From NCBI RefSeq assembly GCF_009914755.1, contig NC_060934.1: DNA of 64,000 nucleotides. The stretch is one strand, 5' to 3'. The position numbers and the translations under genes were made by a program. Every line of letters starts with the position of its first letter. The first letter of the stretch is position 1. The DNA is from the human T2T-CHM13v2.0 reference genome, Homo sapiens. Positions 1 to 20,724 of the stretch are shown in pieces. The notes beneath the pieces were generated by a model. That model was not told where the DNA came from, searched no databases, and saw nothing but the letters and a program-made list of their open reading frames with translations.

Positions 1-8370
<8,370 letters not shown>

Positions 8371-9229
8371 TTTGGAACTTAAAAAAAAAGCCATAATGTG
8401 TCATTAGGAACCTTGGTGACATGACAGCAAAACCAAAATGTACTTATTTATTAGGTGTCACTTGGAAGCGCAATTTTCAACAACGCAAAACTATAAAAAA
8501 AACCCAACGTCGGCCTCCACAGGCTAATCAGTCTCCGAGGCACTGACGGCGGGAGAGATGAAAACGCGAAGGCCAGAGGAGAAAAAGAGGAAGGATTTGC
8601 AGAGAGAACGGTAACGTGGTGGACATGAATACACCCAAGAAACCCGGATCCCGCGCGGCACATTGGGACGAAGCGCGCTGGCGGGCGGCCAGCAACTCTG
8701 GGCCAGGGGAAGGAGGCGGACACCCAGCCCGAGAGCCGAAATCGGCCCCAGTGGACGCTTTCATCTTCGCGGCCCAGAAACACTCCTATTTTTCACCGCA
8801 CAATGCAAACATGGTGGACCAGAAAATCCGCCCCGCGTTTGCCGGTCGAACCACGTGGGGCCCTTTCCGCGCCGTCGATGCCTAGCCAGGGCGGGGCCCT
8901 CACAGAATTTGTTCACGGTGGGGGCAGATCACCGGAGAACTTCTCCAGAGCGCTACGGCACGGTTCCTTCTACACACTGGCAGAACTGCCATTGCCATCG
9001 CCCCGAGGCGGCAGAATGGTACGCTCTGAAAACTGGATGGTTCTAACGTAAGCAAGAAAAACGGTGCGCGCTGCAGCTCTTTAACTGGAACAGCCTCTGC
9101 TCGGTCTACCTCGCCCCCAACAGCTGCGCAACCCACCACCGCGCAGGCGCGCTGCGTGCCGCCAGCGCCATGCGAAACCGACTTTCCCGTCTCGCGAGAG
9201 TGGGGCCGGCCGCCTTCGCAGTTCTCGCT

Positions 9230-9425
9230 CCGCCCCCCACTTCTTGCTCGTTCCCTCCCATCCCCCCAAGCCAGTAGCTGTGCTGCGCAGCTCCCTAAGC
9301 GGTTGTCACCGCTGGAGACGGTTGGGAGAACCGTTGTGGCGAGCGCTACACGAGGCAAACGACTTCTCCCTTCTTTGAACTGGACCCCGCGAGCACCAGA
9401 GTCGGCGTAACTATCGCCTGACAGG
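9230..9425 (+). other. HNRNPH3: HNRNPH3 non-coding exon 1 (start approximate)
   Basis: Ends at ACAGG|gtatct donor (intron starts 9426); joining to exon 2 gives ...GACAGGCATTTAAATCAAAC..., matching my recollection of the mRNA 5'UTR. Confidence 0.75.
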
Positions 9426-9992
9426 GTATCTGAAGTAAAAGGGGGTAGGTTGGGCTGGTGGTTTCGAGAGCGGAGTCGGGAGAAGGACGAAAGGCCGGGA
9501 GGGGCTGGGTTGGGGGGTAGTGGGGTGGTCGCCGCTCGGAGGCCGCCGCTTGGAAGCGGCGGGGCTGCGCCTCCCCGACCATCTCCCACTTCAGGGAGGG
9601 CGGCTTGCCGATGGGAGGACTTGCTCAGGTGGAATTCAGTGGACGACGCCGAGGCCCGAAGTAGGGGACATCCAGCATTTTCCCCTTTCCCTGCTGGCTT
9701 GGCCTCCGCCATTTTGGGTACAGTGGCGCGGCCACCTCGGCTTCCCGCCCTTCCCCGCTCTTTTTACTTTTTTGTTCCCCAGCTTCCGAAAACTGATCTA
9801 GAAGGCCAGGGGAGGGGGTGGTCAAAGCTCCCTGGAAGGGATGAGGGTGGGTAGTGAAGCGAGCAGGGAAAGGCCGGGCAGTTGGGTGGAGGGAGGATCG
9901 GGTTTGCCGGGCGCGCTCCCGATGGAAATGGCGCCGGATGGGCCTGGCCTCCCACCGCGGCCTCCCTTCCTCCGCAGTCTCGGCAGGGCTAC

Positions 9993-10140
9993 CTGGGCTG
10001 ACGGGACTGCGAGTGACTTCTGACGCAGATTCCCAAGATGAGAGAGGCTGGAGCTGGGGGAGGAAAGCCAATGGCGACGAAGGTGCTCAACTCCCAAATC
10101 CAGGACAAAGGAGGCAGACGGCCTCCTTTGTAATTCTGCC
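9993..10140 (-). other. PBLD: PBLD non-coding first exon (5' end approximate); 1-9992 would be PBLD intron 1
   Basis: Minus-strand donor CAG|gtagcc at 9992. The sequence ...GTCACTCGCAGTCCCGTCAGCCCAG matches my recollection of the PBLD 5'UTR, and PBLD is the known head-to-head neighbour. No PBLD coding exon is in the window to confirm. Confidence 0.65.
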
Positions 10141-11604
10141 GCCCGGTGGCGAAGGGTTTTAAGCCAGGCTTGGCTGCTGACGGGAGGGGGAAGGGGCGTA
10201 CTCTCCCTAGCTTTCTGGTCTCTAGGGCAGCTAGATAAACGGAAAGTCTCCTGGGAGGAATAAAGGACGCTTAGCCGGCCCTTATATTCCAGATTTGGAA
10301 CTTCGAAAAGAGTACGTACTGATTTTCCAAAGGGTTTTTTTTTTTTCATGTTTAAACGTTAATAAGGACTTCGGGGATGATTTTGTGAGCAGAAAAGTGG
10401 GTGATTTATCAAATAGGAATGTGAAATGGGCATGTTTCAAGTAGGTCGTCTGGGCCCAGTGAACTATAATTGTTGCTTTTTGAACTTTGGGGGTGGGGGT
10501 GGGTGATGTAGCAATTGTTTTGCGTAGTTTGGCGTATATATGTTAGAATTTGTTTTTAAGTTTTACTTTTGGGAAACAGTTAAAACAACCCAGTGATGGT
10601 AGATGTGTGTGTATTGAAATTGAGCTTTCGATGTTAAATCTTCCAAGAGTTGTATTTTGTGCAGTTTTTTTTCCGATGGCATTAAGGCTCTAGAAGTAAA
10701 ATACTTCAAAATACGGTTATGGTTTATTTTCTTTTGGTAGCTAGGCATGTTTTTTCTTTAGTGTAGGAGTATAGTACACTGTAATCGTATTTTAAACAAG
10801 GGAATAAGCCTACTAAACATAAAAACAAATTGTAAACCCAGTCACGTGGTGGTGGTGTGATTCGGATGAGGGTCCTGAGAACTGGATCCGTAATTTTCAT
10901 TGAAGACAGTACAAAAGGGAGGAGAAAGGCCTGAGAGTAAGAATTTCTGATAATTCATGTAAAACTTTATAAGAATATTGTTACCTACTTTTCCAGCTCT
11001 AAAAACAAAAACTTATTATTATTGAAGATGTTCAGTGATGCTTTCTCAAGATTGCCAAGGAAAAGTTTACGAAAATCTTACCTTGAAACAGTAGGTTTGA
11101 GTGACCCTTTGAAGAGATAGTCCAGACTGTCCTGTAAAGTTATATATGATATAACAAATAGCTTTACTAATTGGATTGGACTACACATCTTTTTTCTGTC
11201 CTCTTTTCATTTGTGCCGTTATCTGGAAATCCATCTAATTGCCTTTTTAAAATAATGTTATCTTTGATTTCCTTGTTTTGGTAAACTGACTGAACTGCAG
11301 TAGATAAAAACCTGGTTCTAGTGAACTAACATTTTAGAGACCTTACCTCCTTAAGCTATTAGGGGTGTGTCTAGTTTTTTGTTTTTGTAAAGAGCAAGCC
11401 CATTGGGAAGGAATGATGTAAATTTTCTGTTAAACTTAAATCATCAGCACTTTTTCCAAAAAATAAAATTCATTCTCATTTCTTGACCACTGGGCTACCA
11501 TTTAGAAAGTTATTTATTGATGTAAAATCCTTTATGTATTACTTCAGAAGATAGGCTATGCCTCCGTGTTAAGAGGATTCTCTATTTCATTTGTTCTTTA
11601 GTGG

Positions 11605-11895
11605 ATTTTTTTTCTTTAACGACTTTGGTATATAATTCACATACCGTAAACTTCACCAATTTTAAATGTACAGTTTAGTGGATTTTAGTACATTCACAGC
11701 GTTGTGTGACCGTCACTACAATTTAATTTTAGAACATTTTTGTCACTCCAAAAAGATATCCATACCCTTTACTGGTCATTCCCATTGCTGGCATCCTCCC
11801 TCCCCTCAAGCCTCAGACAATCATGAATAGAAATGGAATCATGCAATATGTAGTCTTTTGTGACTGGCTTGTTTCACTTGGTGTAATGTTTAGAA
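11605..11895 (-). mobile_element. Old L1 (L1MA/MB-type) 3' end fragment
   Basis: TATAATTCACATACC...TTTAAATGTACAG...AATGGAATCATGCAATATGTAGTCTTTTGTGACTGGCTT. Confidence 0.75.
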
Positions 11896-14425
11896 AATTA
11901 TACTTAAAGTCTCATAAAACTTGACCAAAGCTATCCTCATATTTTAACTGTGGTATCTTTTATTGGTACTAGCACCTAGAATTCTTAAAGCAGAGTAGTG
12001 ATTAGCCATGACATTGTTGCAAAGAAAGGTTGAGGTGGATTATCCTGAATAATTAGTAAACTGTTTTAAGTAGTTTCTGACAGCTTTATTAGAGCAGATT
12101 GCTTCTTCCTGTGCCCTTAGAGTTTTTCTTGTTTTTGTTTTGTAGGTAGGATTTTTAGTTTTGAAGGGGTTGGTAGAGTGAGGCTGTTTTTATTGTATGT
12201 GCTTTGCATACACAGTCACCCTATAAAATAGATTAAGTGTTCCGAGTTCGGTTGGGTTTTCCGCAATTAAAAATTGTGTTAACAGTTTAGTGTTTCTTAC
12301 AGATAACACTGATAACACTTTTTTTGTTTTCATTGGGTCTTATCATTGGTACAGACTGATCCAAAAATCCAATTGGCTTGCTAGTAATTTTTTCCTGTGA
12401 ATTGCTAAGATTTATGGGTAAATTAATTTTTCTTTTTCTTTTCTTTTTTTTTTTTTTTAAGCATTTGCTCCTTAAATGCAAATCGTACCACTAAGATCCT
12501 CTCACAACAGATTAAGGTCGAATTTGCAGAGTTCTTCAATTTTTCATGAAGCAGTGAGGGTAGATCTGTACCACTTTTTCCGTTCTGTGTAAATCACCGT
12601 TTATGGGAAACACTTGTTTTTTAGGTTGGTGCTATTTAAAAAAAATAAAACGGTAGGCATTTTCAAAACATCTCTGAACTTTTTTTTTTTCCCAAACTGG
12701 ATTGGGGCCGCCTCCTCTCAGAGCTACTCTTTAGAATAGTATTAAACTTATAAAAGCCTTTGCTGGCTTTGGGAAATAAAATTTTTAATAATTCTCAGTT
12801 CTTTTCAAGGCTTGAATTGTTTTCTGTCCTTCAGGGTTCACATATTTTGTGTATGGTATAGCTCACTGGCTTTTGCAGGGCCCCTTAAAATCCAGTAACA
12901 ATTGCCATCAGTAAATGCTTACCATGAGGCAGACCAAGCACTTGAATAGTCCAGTGAGGTACAGGTACAACTGCTATAGTTTACAATTGAAGAGGCTCAG
13001 AGGTAAAGTGGTTCAGGTAGCCAGTGAGTGGCAGAGTAGGGATTCAGACCCAGAACATTCATAATATTTATTTGTGTGCATAACAAGTAGTTGTAATGTC
13101 AGTTAAAAGTTTGTATTCCCATTTTGGTTTTCTATGTCTAGAGTGGCACCTAGGGCTGAAGGTGATTGACACTAGAGGTACTTAACTACTTCCAGAGAAT
13201 TTCTACATTAGCTTATTTTAAGTGCATGAATTCTAGGGAAAAATATTTTACCCTTTGCAGATGCCACCCCTAAGAGATGCACCAACAAATAGATGACATG
13301 AAATTAAGCATTAGTGAATGCTGTTGATACGAAATATGATCTTCAAACATAAAGGAATCAAATGAACAAACTTTGTTTACAGGGGAGGAGGTGGTGAGGG
13401 AAAGGTTTGAAATACTCAGGTGAGTAGGATTCCTACAGCTGCATAGTGAGATTTGTAAGGTTCTGGTAAGTTTCTGCAGCTGAAGGACTTCTGCATTCAC
13501 CTCTTTTGTAAATATTATGGAATTTTAAAAGGAAGGATGGTTGCCTCTGGGGAAGGGAACTGGGAACTGAGGTTATTTTGGAGGGGAAGGGGGGCTTCTA
13601 GATGTACCTTTTATGCTTTATTAAAAAGTATATTACCTATTAAAGTTTGTTTAAATCTATTTGATTAAAAATTTGAGTAAACTGGTTTCTAAACACTGTC
13701 TCCAGTGGCTTCAAAAACACAGGTACTGTTGGAAGGCATTCACTTTTGAGTGGCCTTTGACCTCAGTTTTAATCTGATTAATTCAGTCATTTTATAATCT
13801 TGCTCTTGGTGAGTTTAAACTAGATTTGGCTAAAATAGAGGTGGGAGTGTTGGCCCTTCAAAGACAGTTTGATGTGTTCAAAATTGTAGTGCATTTAAAA
13901 GGGTTAGACTTCTGTGATATTTGTCCAACGTCAATCAGTACTCATTGCATTTTTTTACTTAGGCTCTTGATGTTAGTGGATACTGGTATTATATGCAACT
14001 TCTGAATAAGTTTTAAAGAATTTGAATAATCAGTTGAATAAAAACCTGAAAAGTGGTGAATGAAAATTTGAGAGATAAGGAAAGGCTAGAGTTGGCATTC
14101 AGGGGACACAAATAGTTTGAAGACTCTGGTAGTAGAATTATGCAAGTTTTCTTAAAATTAGGCAATATATAATATTGATACTACGAAATTCAGTACTTTT
14201 CCGTAGGAGGGGGTCAGGTCTCATTGCCTTTTCCGTACCCCAAAATATGAAAGGTGGTCTACAATTTTGTTGTGGCATTGTCACAGCAGTTGGCCCCATG
14301 TTACATTTCCTCTTGTGGCACCTCTGAGAGGTGTTTCTTCATTACCTCTTGACAAGAGTATATTTTGATTGACTGCTCTATGTGCTTGTTTATTTTTTAT
14401 AGCATTTAAATCAAACGGTATTGAG

Positions 14426-14537
14426 ATGGATTGGGTTATGAAACATAATGGTCCAAATGACGCTAGTGATGGGACAGTACGACTTCGTGGACTACCATTT
14501 GGTTGCAGCAAAGAGGAAATAGTTCAGTTCTTTCAAG
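14426..14537 (+). CDS. HNRNPH3: hnRNP H3 exon 2 coding part (exon begins 14403): [37 protein letters not shown]
   Basis: qRRM signature VRLRGLPF; ag acceptor 14401-14402; donor G|gtacc; 112 nt. Confidence 0.97.
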
Positions 14538-15066
14538 GTACCTCTAGTATTAGTCAAAGTTTAGTAGTATTGTAATTTTATATTTGTATTGTTTTACTGT
14601 TTTTAATTTGTAAAACCCATTTGATTTTGGAACTTTTAAGTTTAACTATGATAGTCTTGGTTAATGTATTAAAATAATATGCTCCAGTTAATATTCAATA
14701 CAGAATGTGTAGAATATGTAAAACCTAATTAATGTGCAGTAACATATTTGAGAATTGTGATGAAATGAACCGTGAATTAGTATATGGAGCATATATTTGA
14801 TTTTGTAGCCTTTTTTCATGTAATATAGGTGGGCTTTTAGAGTGTGTAATTACACAGTGTTTTTACACTGGTCGCAAAAAATTTATTTAATCCAGTAATA
14901 TTTGAAAAAATCTTTCATTTGTATTATGGGGTGATGGGAAACTAAGCTTTTTTGTTTTGTTTTGTTTTGTTTTGTTTAGACTTGTTTTAAATATTTGATT
15001 CAGATGGGAATGTTTCAGCCTTTAACACTGTTCCCCTTGATGGGGTTATTTGTCCTTGGGTTAAAG

Positions 15067-15205
15067 GGTTGGAAATCGTGCCAAATGGGATAACATTGAC
15101 GATGGACTACCAGGGGAGAAGCACAGGGGAGGCCTTCGTGCAGTTTGCTTCAAAGGAGATAGCAGAAAATGCTCTGGGGAAACACAAGGAAAGAATAGGG
15201 CACAG
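15067..15205 (+). CDS. HNRNPH3: hnRNP H3 exon 3: [47 protein letters not shown]
   Basis: qRRM motifs TGEAFVQF and RIGHR; 139 nt; phase-consistent. Confidence 0.97.
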
Positions 15206-15711
15206 GTGGGGATGGAGAGTTTGGGATGGTGTTAAATTTTTATTTTTGGGGGTTGTGGGTCACTATTGCTTAAATGGGGGGGTAGCCATAACATTTTTCT
15301 GGGGTAGTTTAAAAGAATTGATAATTATCTAAATTTAACTTGGAAACTACAGATTTGGGTGGGGAATTAATGCTAATAGTTAAATTAAAATTAGATTGTT
15401 TCCATTTCTCTGTAGGATGTTGTTGATAAATGCTTTTGTATAATCACCTATTTCCTTTAAAACACCTATTATGTACTAAAAGAGACAAAGTAAAAATATA
15501 CTTTATGAATTGTTTTCCGTGACTAATTTCTTTGTAAAACTTAAATATTTAATTAAGTTTGTAGGTTTAAACTGTTAACTTACGGTGTATTTAGGCAATT
15601 TAAATTGGGTTATGTATCTAGATATAGAAAAACTTACTGCATTTTGCCCAGTATCTAATTTACACTAATACATTTATGCTGAAACCTGTACCTTAAAACA
15701 TTTTTAAATAG

Positions 15712-15896
15712 GTATATTGAGATCTTCAGAAGTAGCAGGAGTGAAATCAAAGGATTTTATGATCCACCAAGAAGATTGCTGGGACAGCGACCGGGACCAT
15801 ATGATAGACCAATAGGAGGAAGAGGGGGTTATTATGGAGCTGGGCGTGGAAGTATGTATGACAGAATGCGACGAGGAGGTGATGGATATGATGGTG
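15712..15896 (+). CDS. HNRNPH3: hnRNP H3 exon 4 (YIEIFRSS...RPGPYDRP...GYDG); alternative donor after 15851
   Basis: ag|G acceptor; G|gtatgt donor; 185 nt; phase-consistent. Confidence 0.96.
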
Positions 15897-16348
15897 GTAT
15901 GTGTATCTAATGAACAAAGGTTCTGTTGTCATTTTCTTAATGTTCCTGACACTTTGTCAAGAAATACAGAAATGGCAGTAATTTCAGTACCTATTAGGTT
16001 TTAAAACCTGTTCATGAAAATACGGATTCCCATGGCTAGCTGTGGGACTTGACTGATGCACATATTGGCACCTAGAAAACTTACACAGAAATTAAAAATA
16101 AGATGTTGGCATATTTTGACCTTTTTTTGCCTAAGGATGAAATTTAATTTACATGTCTGAACTTAATTAACTTTCTGAGATTTTAAATTTCCATCACGTT
16201 GACTGCTTTTTTCATAGGTTTTAAGTTGGGAATTGCAAACTTGCAATCAAGTTACACAGACTGTTACCACAAAATGTTTTTGTAAACTAAATTATAAAAT
16301 TTATCTCTGGAAAGTGTGTAGTCATGTGTTTCTCCTTAAATTACACAG

Positions 16349-16435
16349 GTTATGGAGGTTTTGATGACTATGGTGGCTATAATAATTACGGCTATGGGAA
16401 TGATGGCTTTGATGACAGAATGAGAGATGGAAGAG
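16349..16435 (+). CDS. HNRNPH3: hnRNP H3 exon 5 ([29 protein letters not shown])
   Basis: cag|GT acceptor; G|gtaaa donor; 87 nt; Gly/Tyr-rich. Confidence 0.96.
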
Positions 16436-16648
16436 GTAAAATAAATATTAAAGACATTTTTATTCATAGGTAAATTTTAGTATTTGCTTTGCAAGCTCTT
16501 AGTGGTAATATAGGAAACTTGTATAAAGTTAATTCAGACAAATTTCAGTGCATTCCTATATAGAGCTTTATACCTTGTATAGTATGTATGTATACTTCCC
16601 TACTTGTATCTGTAATAGTTTATAATCTTGGCAAATTGTGTTTTCCAG

Positions 16649-16764
16649 GTATGGGAGGACATGGCTATGGTGGAGCTGGTGATGCAAGTTCAGGTTTTCA
16701 TGGTGGTCATTTCGTACATATGAGAGGGTTGCCTTTTCGTGCAACTGAAAATGACATTGCTAAT
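16649..16764 (+). CDS. HNRNPH3: hnRNP H3 exon 6 (GMGGHGYGG...[19 protein letters not shown])
   Basis: Start of second qRRM (VHMRGLPF); donor |gtgagt; 116 nt. Confidence 0.97.
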
Positions 16765-16834
16765 GTGAGTAATTTTTAATAACTATTAGTGGTTTTATAC
16801 TTATCCTGGTGTCTAAATCTTTAAGCATTCTTAA

Positions 16835-18180
<1,346 letters not shown>

Positions 18181-18384
18181 CTGCTTATTTTAAAAGCAGT
18201 AAATTCTTTACATTATCCCTAAGTGTATACTCTGATATTCACAGAACCTCTGTAGTTGACTAAGTTATTAGTCTGACAGGGCAGTGGAAGGGTTTGTTTT
18301 AATTGATGAGGAAAAATCAAGGTATGTGGTAATTTACTTTAATATTCTCAATAGAAAAGTAAATAAGTGTTTCCTTTTATTTAG

Positions 18385-18520
18385 TTCTTCTCACCACTAA
18401 ATCCAATACGAGTTCATATTGATATTGGAGCTGATGGCAGAGCCACAGGAGAAGCAGATGTAGAGTTTGTGACACATGAAGATGCAGTAGCTGCCATGTC
18501 TAAAGATAAAAATAACATGC
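18385..18520 (+). CDS. HNRNPH3: hnRNP H3 exon 7 ([45 protein letters not shown])
   Basis: qRRM motif TGEADVEF; tag| acceptor; C|gtaagt donor; 136 nt. Confidence 0.97.
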
Positions 18521-18795
18521 GTAAGTGGTGTCTTTGGCACACAATCTTATTTCCTAAACGTGAATTTATAAAATAAGAGGCTCTAAGATCTGTAGGTAAC
18601 GCTTGGCAGTTGTTGGGATTTAAAACCATTTGACCTCTATAATGGCTTTCTGTGGGCTTTATATATCGCTGTACTAGTAATTAATAAGCATACTTTGTTT
18701 AATATTACTTAATTGATCTTTTTTACAAAGCTTGTATTGATGAATTTTATCCATCATTCCTTTCTCCCCTGTTACTCTTTCTTTTTTTCTTAAAG

Positions 18796-18891
18796 AACAT
18801 CGATATATTGAACTCTTCTTGAATTCTACTCCTGGAGGCGGCTCTGGCATGGGAGGTTCTGGAATGGGAGGCTACGGAAGAGATGGAATGG
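18796..18891 (+). CDS. HNRNPH3: hnRNP H3 exon 8 ([32 protein letters not shown])
   Basis: RYIELF qRRM end; 96 nt; G|gtatgt donor. Confidence 0.96.
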
Positions 18892-18969
18892 GTATGTAAA
18901 GTTTTTAAAATATGCAGGGTTAGCTGCTTATCGATGAGTCTCAATTTTTTTTCTTTTTTCTTTTTAAAG

Positions 18970-19062
18970 ATAATCAGGGAGGCTATGGATCAGTTGGAAG
19001 AATGGGAATGGGGAACAATTACAGTGGAGGATATGGTACTCCTGATGGTTTGGGTGGTTATG
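18970..19062 (+). CDS. HNRNPH3: hnRNP H3 exon 9 ([31 protein letters not shown])
   Basis: 93 nt; aag| acceptor; G|gtaagt donor. Confidence 0.96.
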
Positions 19063-19188
19063 GTAAGTATCTCTAGTTCAGTTTGTGTTAGTCCGCATAT
19101 GTAGTGCAAACTTTAAAGTGCAGGTATTACTTTTATTATTTTATGCAGATATCTCCTGCTGAGTGATTCTTAATATCTTTTTCTTAAG

Positions 19189-19265
19189 GCCGTGGTGGTG
19201 GAGGCAGTGGAGGTTACTATGGGCAAGGCGGCATGAGTGGAGGTGGATGGCGTGGGATGTACTGA
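19189..19265 (+). CDS. HNRNPH3: hnRNP H3 exon 10 coding part (GRGGGGSGGYYGQGGMSGGGWRGMY*)
   Basis: TGA at 19263-19265; coding exons sum to 1041 nt = 346 aa + stop. Confidence 0.97.
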
Positions 19266-20405
19266 AAGCAAAAACACCAACATACAAGTCTTGACAACAG
19301 CATCTGGTCTACTAGACTTTCTTACAGATTTAATTTCTTTTGTATTTTAAGAACTTTATAATGACTGAAGGAATGTGTTTTCAAAATATTATTTGGTAAA
19401 GCAACAGATTGTGATGGGAAAATGTTTTCTGTAGGTTTATTTGTTGCATACTTTGACTTAAAAATAAATTTTTATATTCAAACCACTGATGTTGATACTT
19501 TTTATATACTAGTTACTCCTAAAGATGTGCTGCCTTCATAAGATTTGGGTTGATGTATTTTACTATTAGTTCTACAAGAAGTAGTGTGGTGTAATTTTAG
19601 AGGATAATGGTTCACCTCTGCGTAAACTGCAAGTCTTAAGCAGACATCTGGAATAGAGCTTGACAAATAATTAGTGTAACTTTTTTCTTTAGTTCCTCCT
19701 GGACAACACTGTAAATATAAAGCCTAAAGATGAAGTGGCTTCAGGAGTATAAATTCAGCTAATTATTTCTATATTATTATTTTTCAAATGTCATTTATCA
19801 GGCATAGCTCTGAAACATTGATGATCTAAGAGGTATTGATTTCTGAATATTCATAATTGTGTTACCTGGGTATGAGAGTGTTGGAAGCTGAATTCTAGCC
19901 CTAGATTTTGGAGTAAAACCCCTTCAGCACTTGACCGAAATACCAAAAATGTCTCCAAAAAATTGATAGTTGCAGGTTATCGCAAGATGTCTTAGAGTAG
20001 GGTTAAGGTTCTCAGTGACACAAGAATTCAGTATTAAGTACATAGGTATTTACTATGGAGTATAATTCTCACAATTGTATTTTCAGTTTTCTGCCCAATA
20101 GAGTTTAAATAACTGTATAAATGATGACTTTAAAAAAATGTAAGCAACAAGTCCATGTCATAGTCAATAAAAACAATCCTGCAGTTGGGTTTTGTATCTG
20201 ATCCCTGCTTGGAGTTTTAGTTTAAAGAATCTATATGTAGCAAGGAAAAGGTGCTTTTTAATTTTAATCCCTTTGATCAATATGGCTTTTTTCCAAATTG
20301 GCTAATGGATCAAAATGAAACCTGTTGATGTGAATTCAGTTATTGAACTTGTTACTTGTTTTTGCCAGAAATGTTATTAATAAATGTCAATGTGGGAGAT
20401 AATAG
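19266..20405 (+). other. HNRNPH3: HNRNPH3 3'UTR with tandem poly(A) signals (end approximate)
   Basis: AATAAA at 19463-19468, 20166-20171 and 20379-20384; no recognisable repeats; AT-rich. Confidence 0.8.
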
Positions 20406-20724
20406 TATGGCGTCTGTCCTAGAATGCTTTGTGTCAGTTACTAATTCTAAAATCAAATTGGTAGAAGGTGGTACTACATACGATGTCTATGATTTAGGAG
20501 AGGGAGCCGGGGCAGCCTATATATGTGGAGCCTCTTGACTGAAGCTATGATTCATCTTAATGCTTGTATCCACTTCCTTTAATGAGCAATTTAAATATTA
20601 GGGCATACACCACCTGTCTTTTTTGAAAGTTGTATGTGTTTTATTTTCCCAGGATTACTCTCTTAACATCTTAAAGCAGTAAAAGTATACAGTATTAATG
20701 AAACCAAAATTGCCCTTTTAAAGC

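Larger units (their letters stand above)
8480..10270. promoter_or_regulatory. CpG island / shared overlapping promoter of HNRNPH3 (+) and PBLD (-)
   Basis: Abrupt GC/CpG-rich block in AT-rich Alu background. Contains TCTCGCGAGA (9190-9199), CACGTG (8852-8857), GC boxes, YY1-type CCGCCATTTTG (9706-9716) and AAATGGCG (9926-9933), CCAAT (10068-10072). Confidence 0.9.

Noticed and set aside
8451-10349. Long overlapping ORFs including the 270-aa minus-strand ORF 8900-9712
   Set aside because: Expected in a stop-poor CpG island; Pro/Arg/Gly/Ala-rich with no recognisable domain, and they cross known exon/intron boundaries.
14098-14125. AGGGGACACAAATAGTTTGAAG resembling the MGHRYVE end of the paralogous qRRM1 exon
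   Set aside because: Only ~22 nt, contains an in-frame stop, no GT follows and upstream sequence does not align by eye; could be chance. A tBLASTn would settle it.
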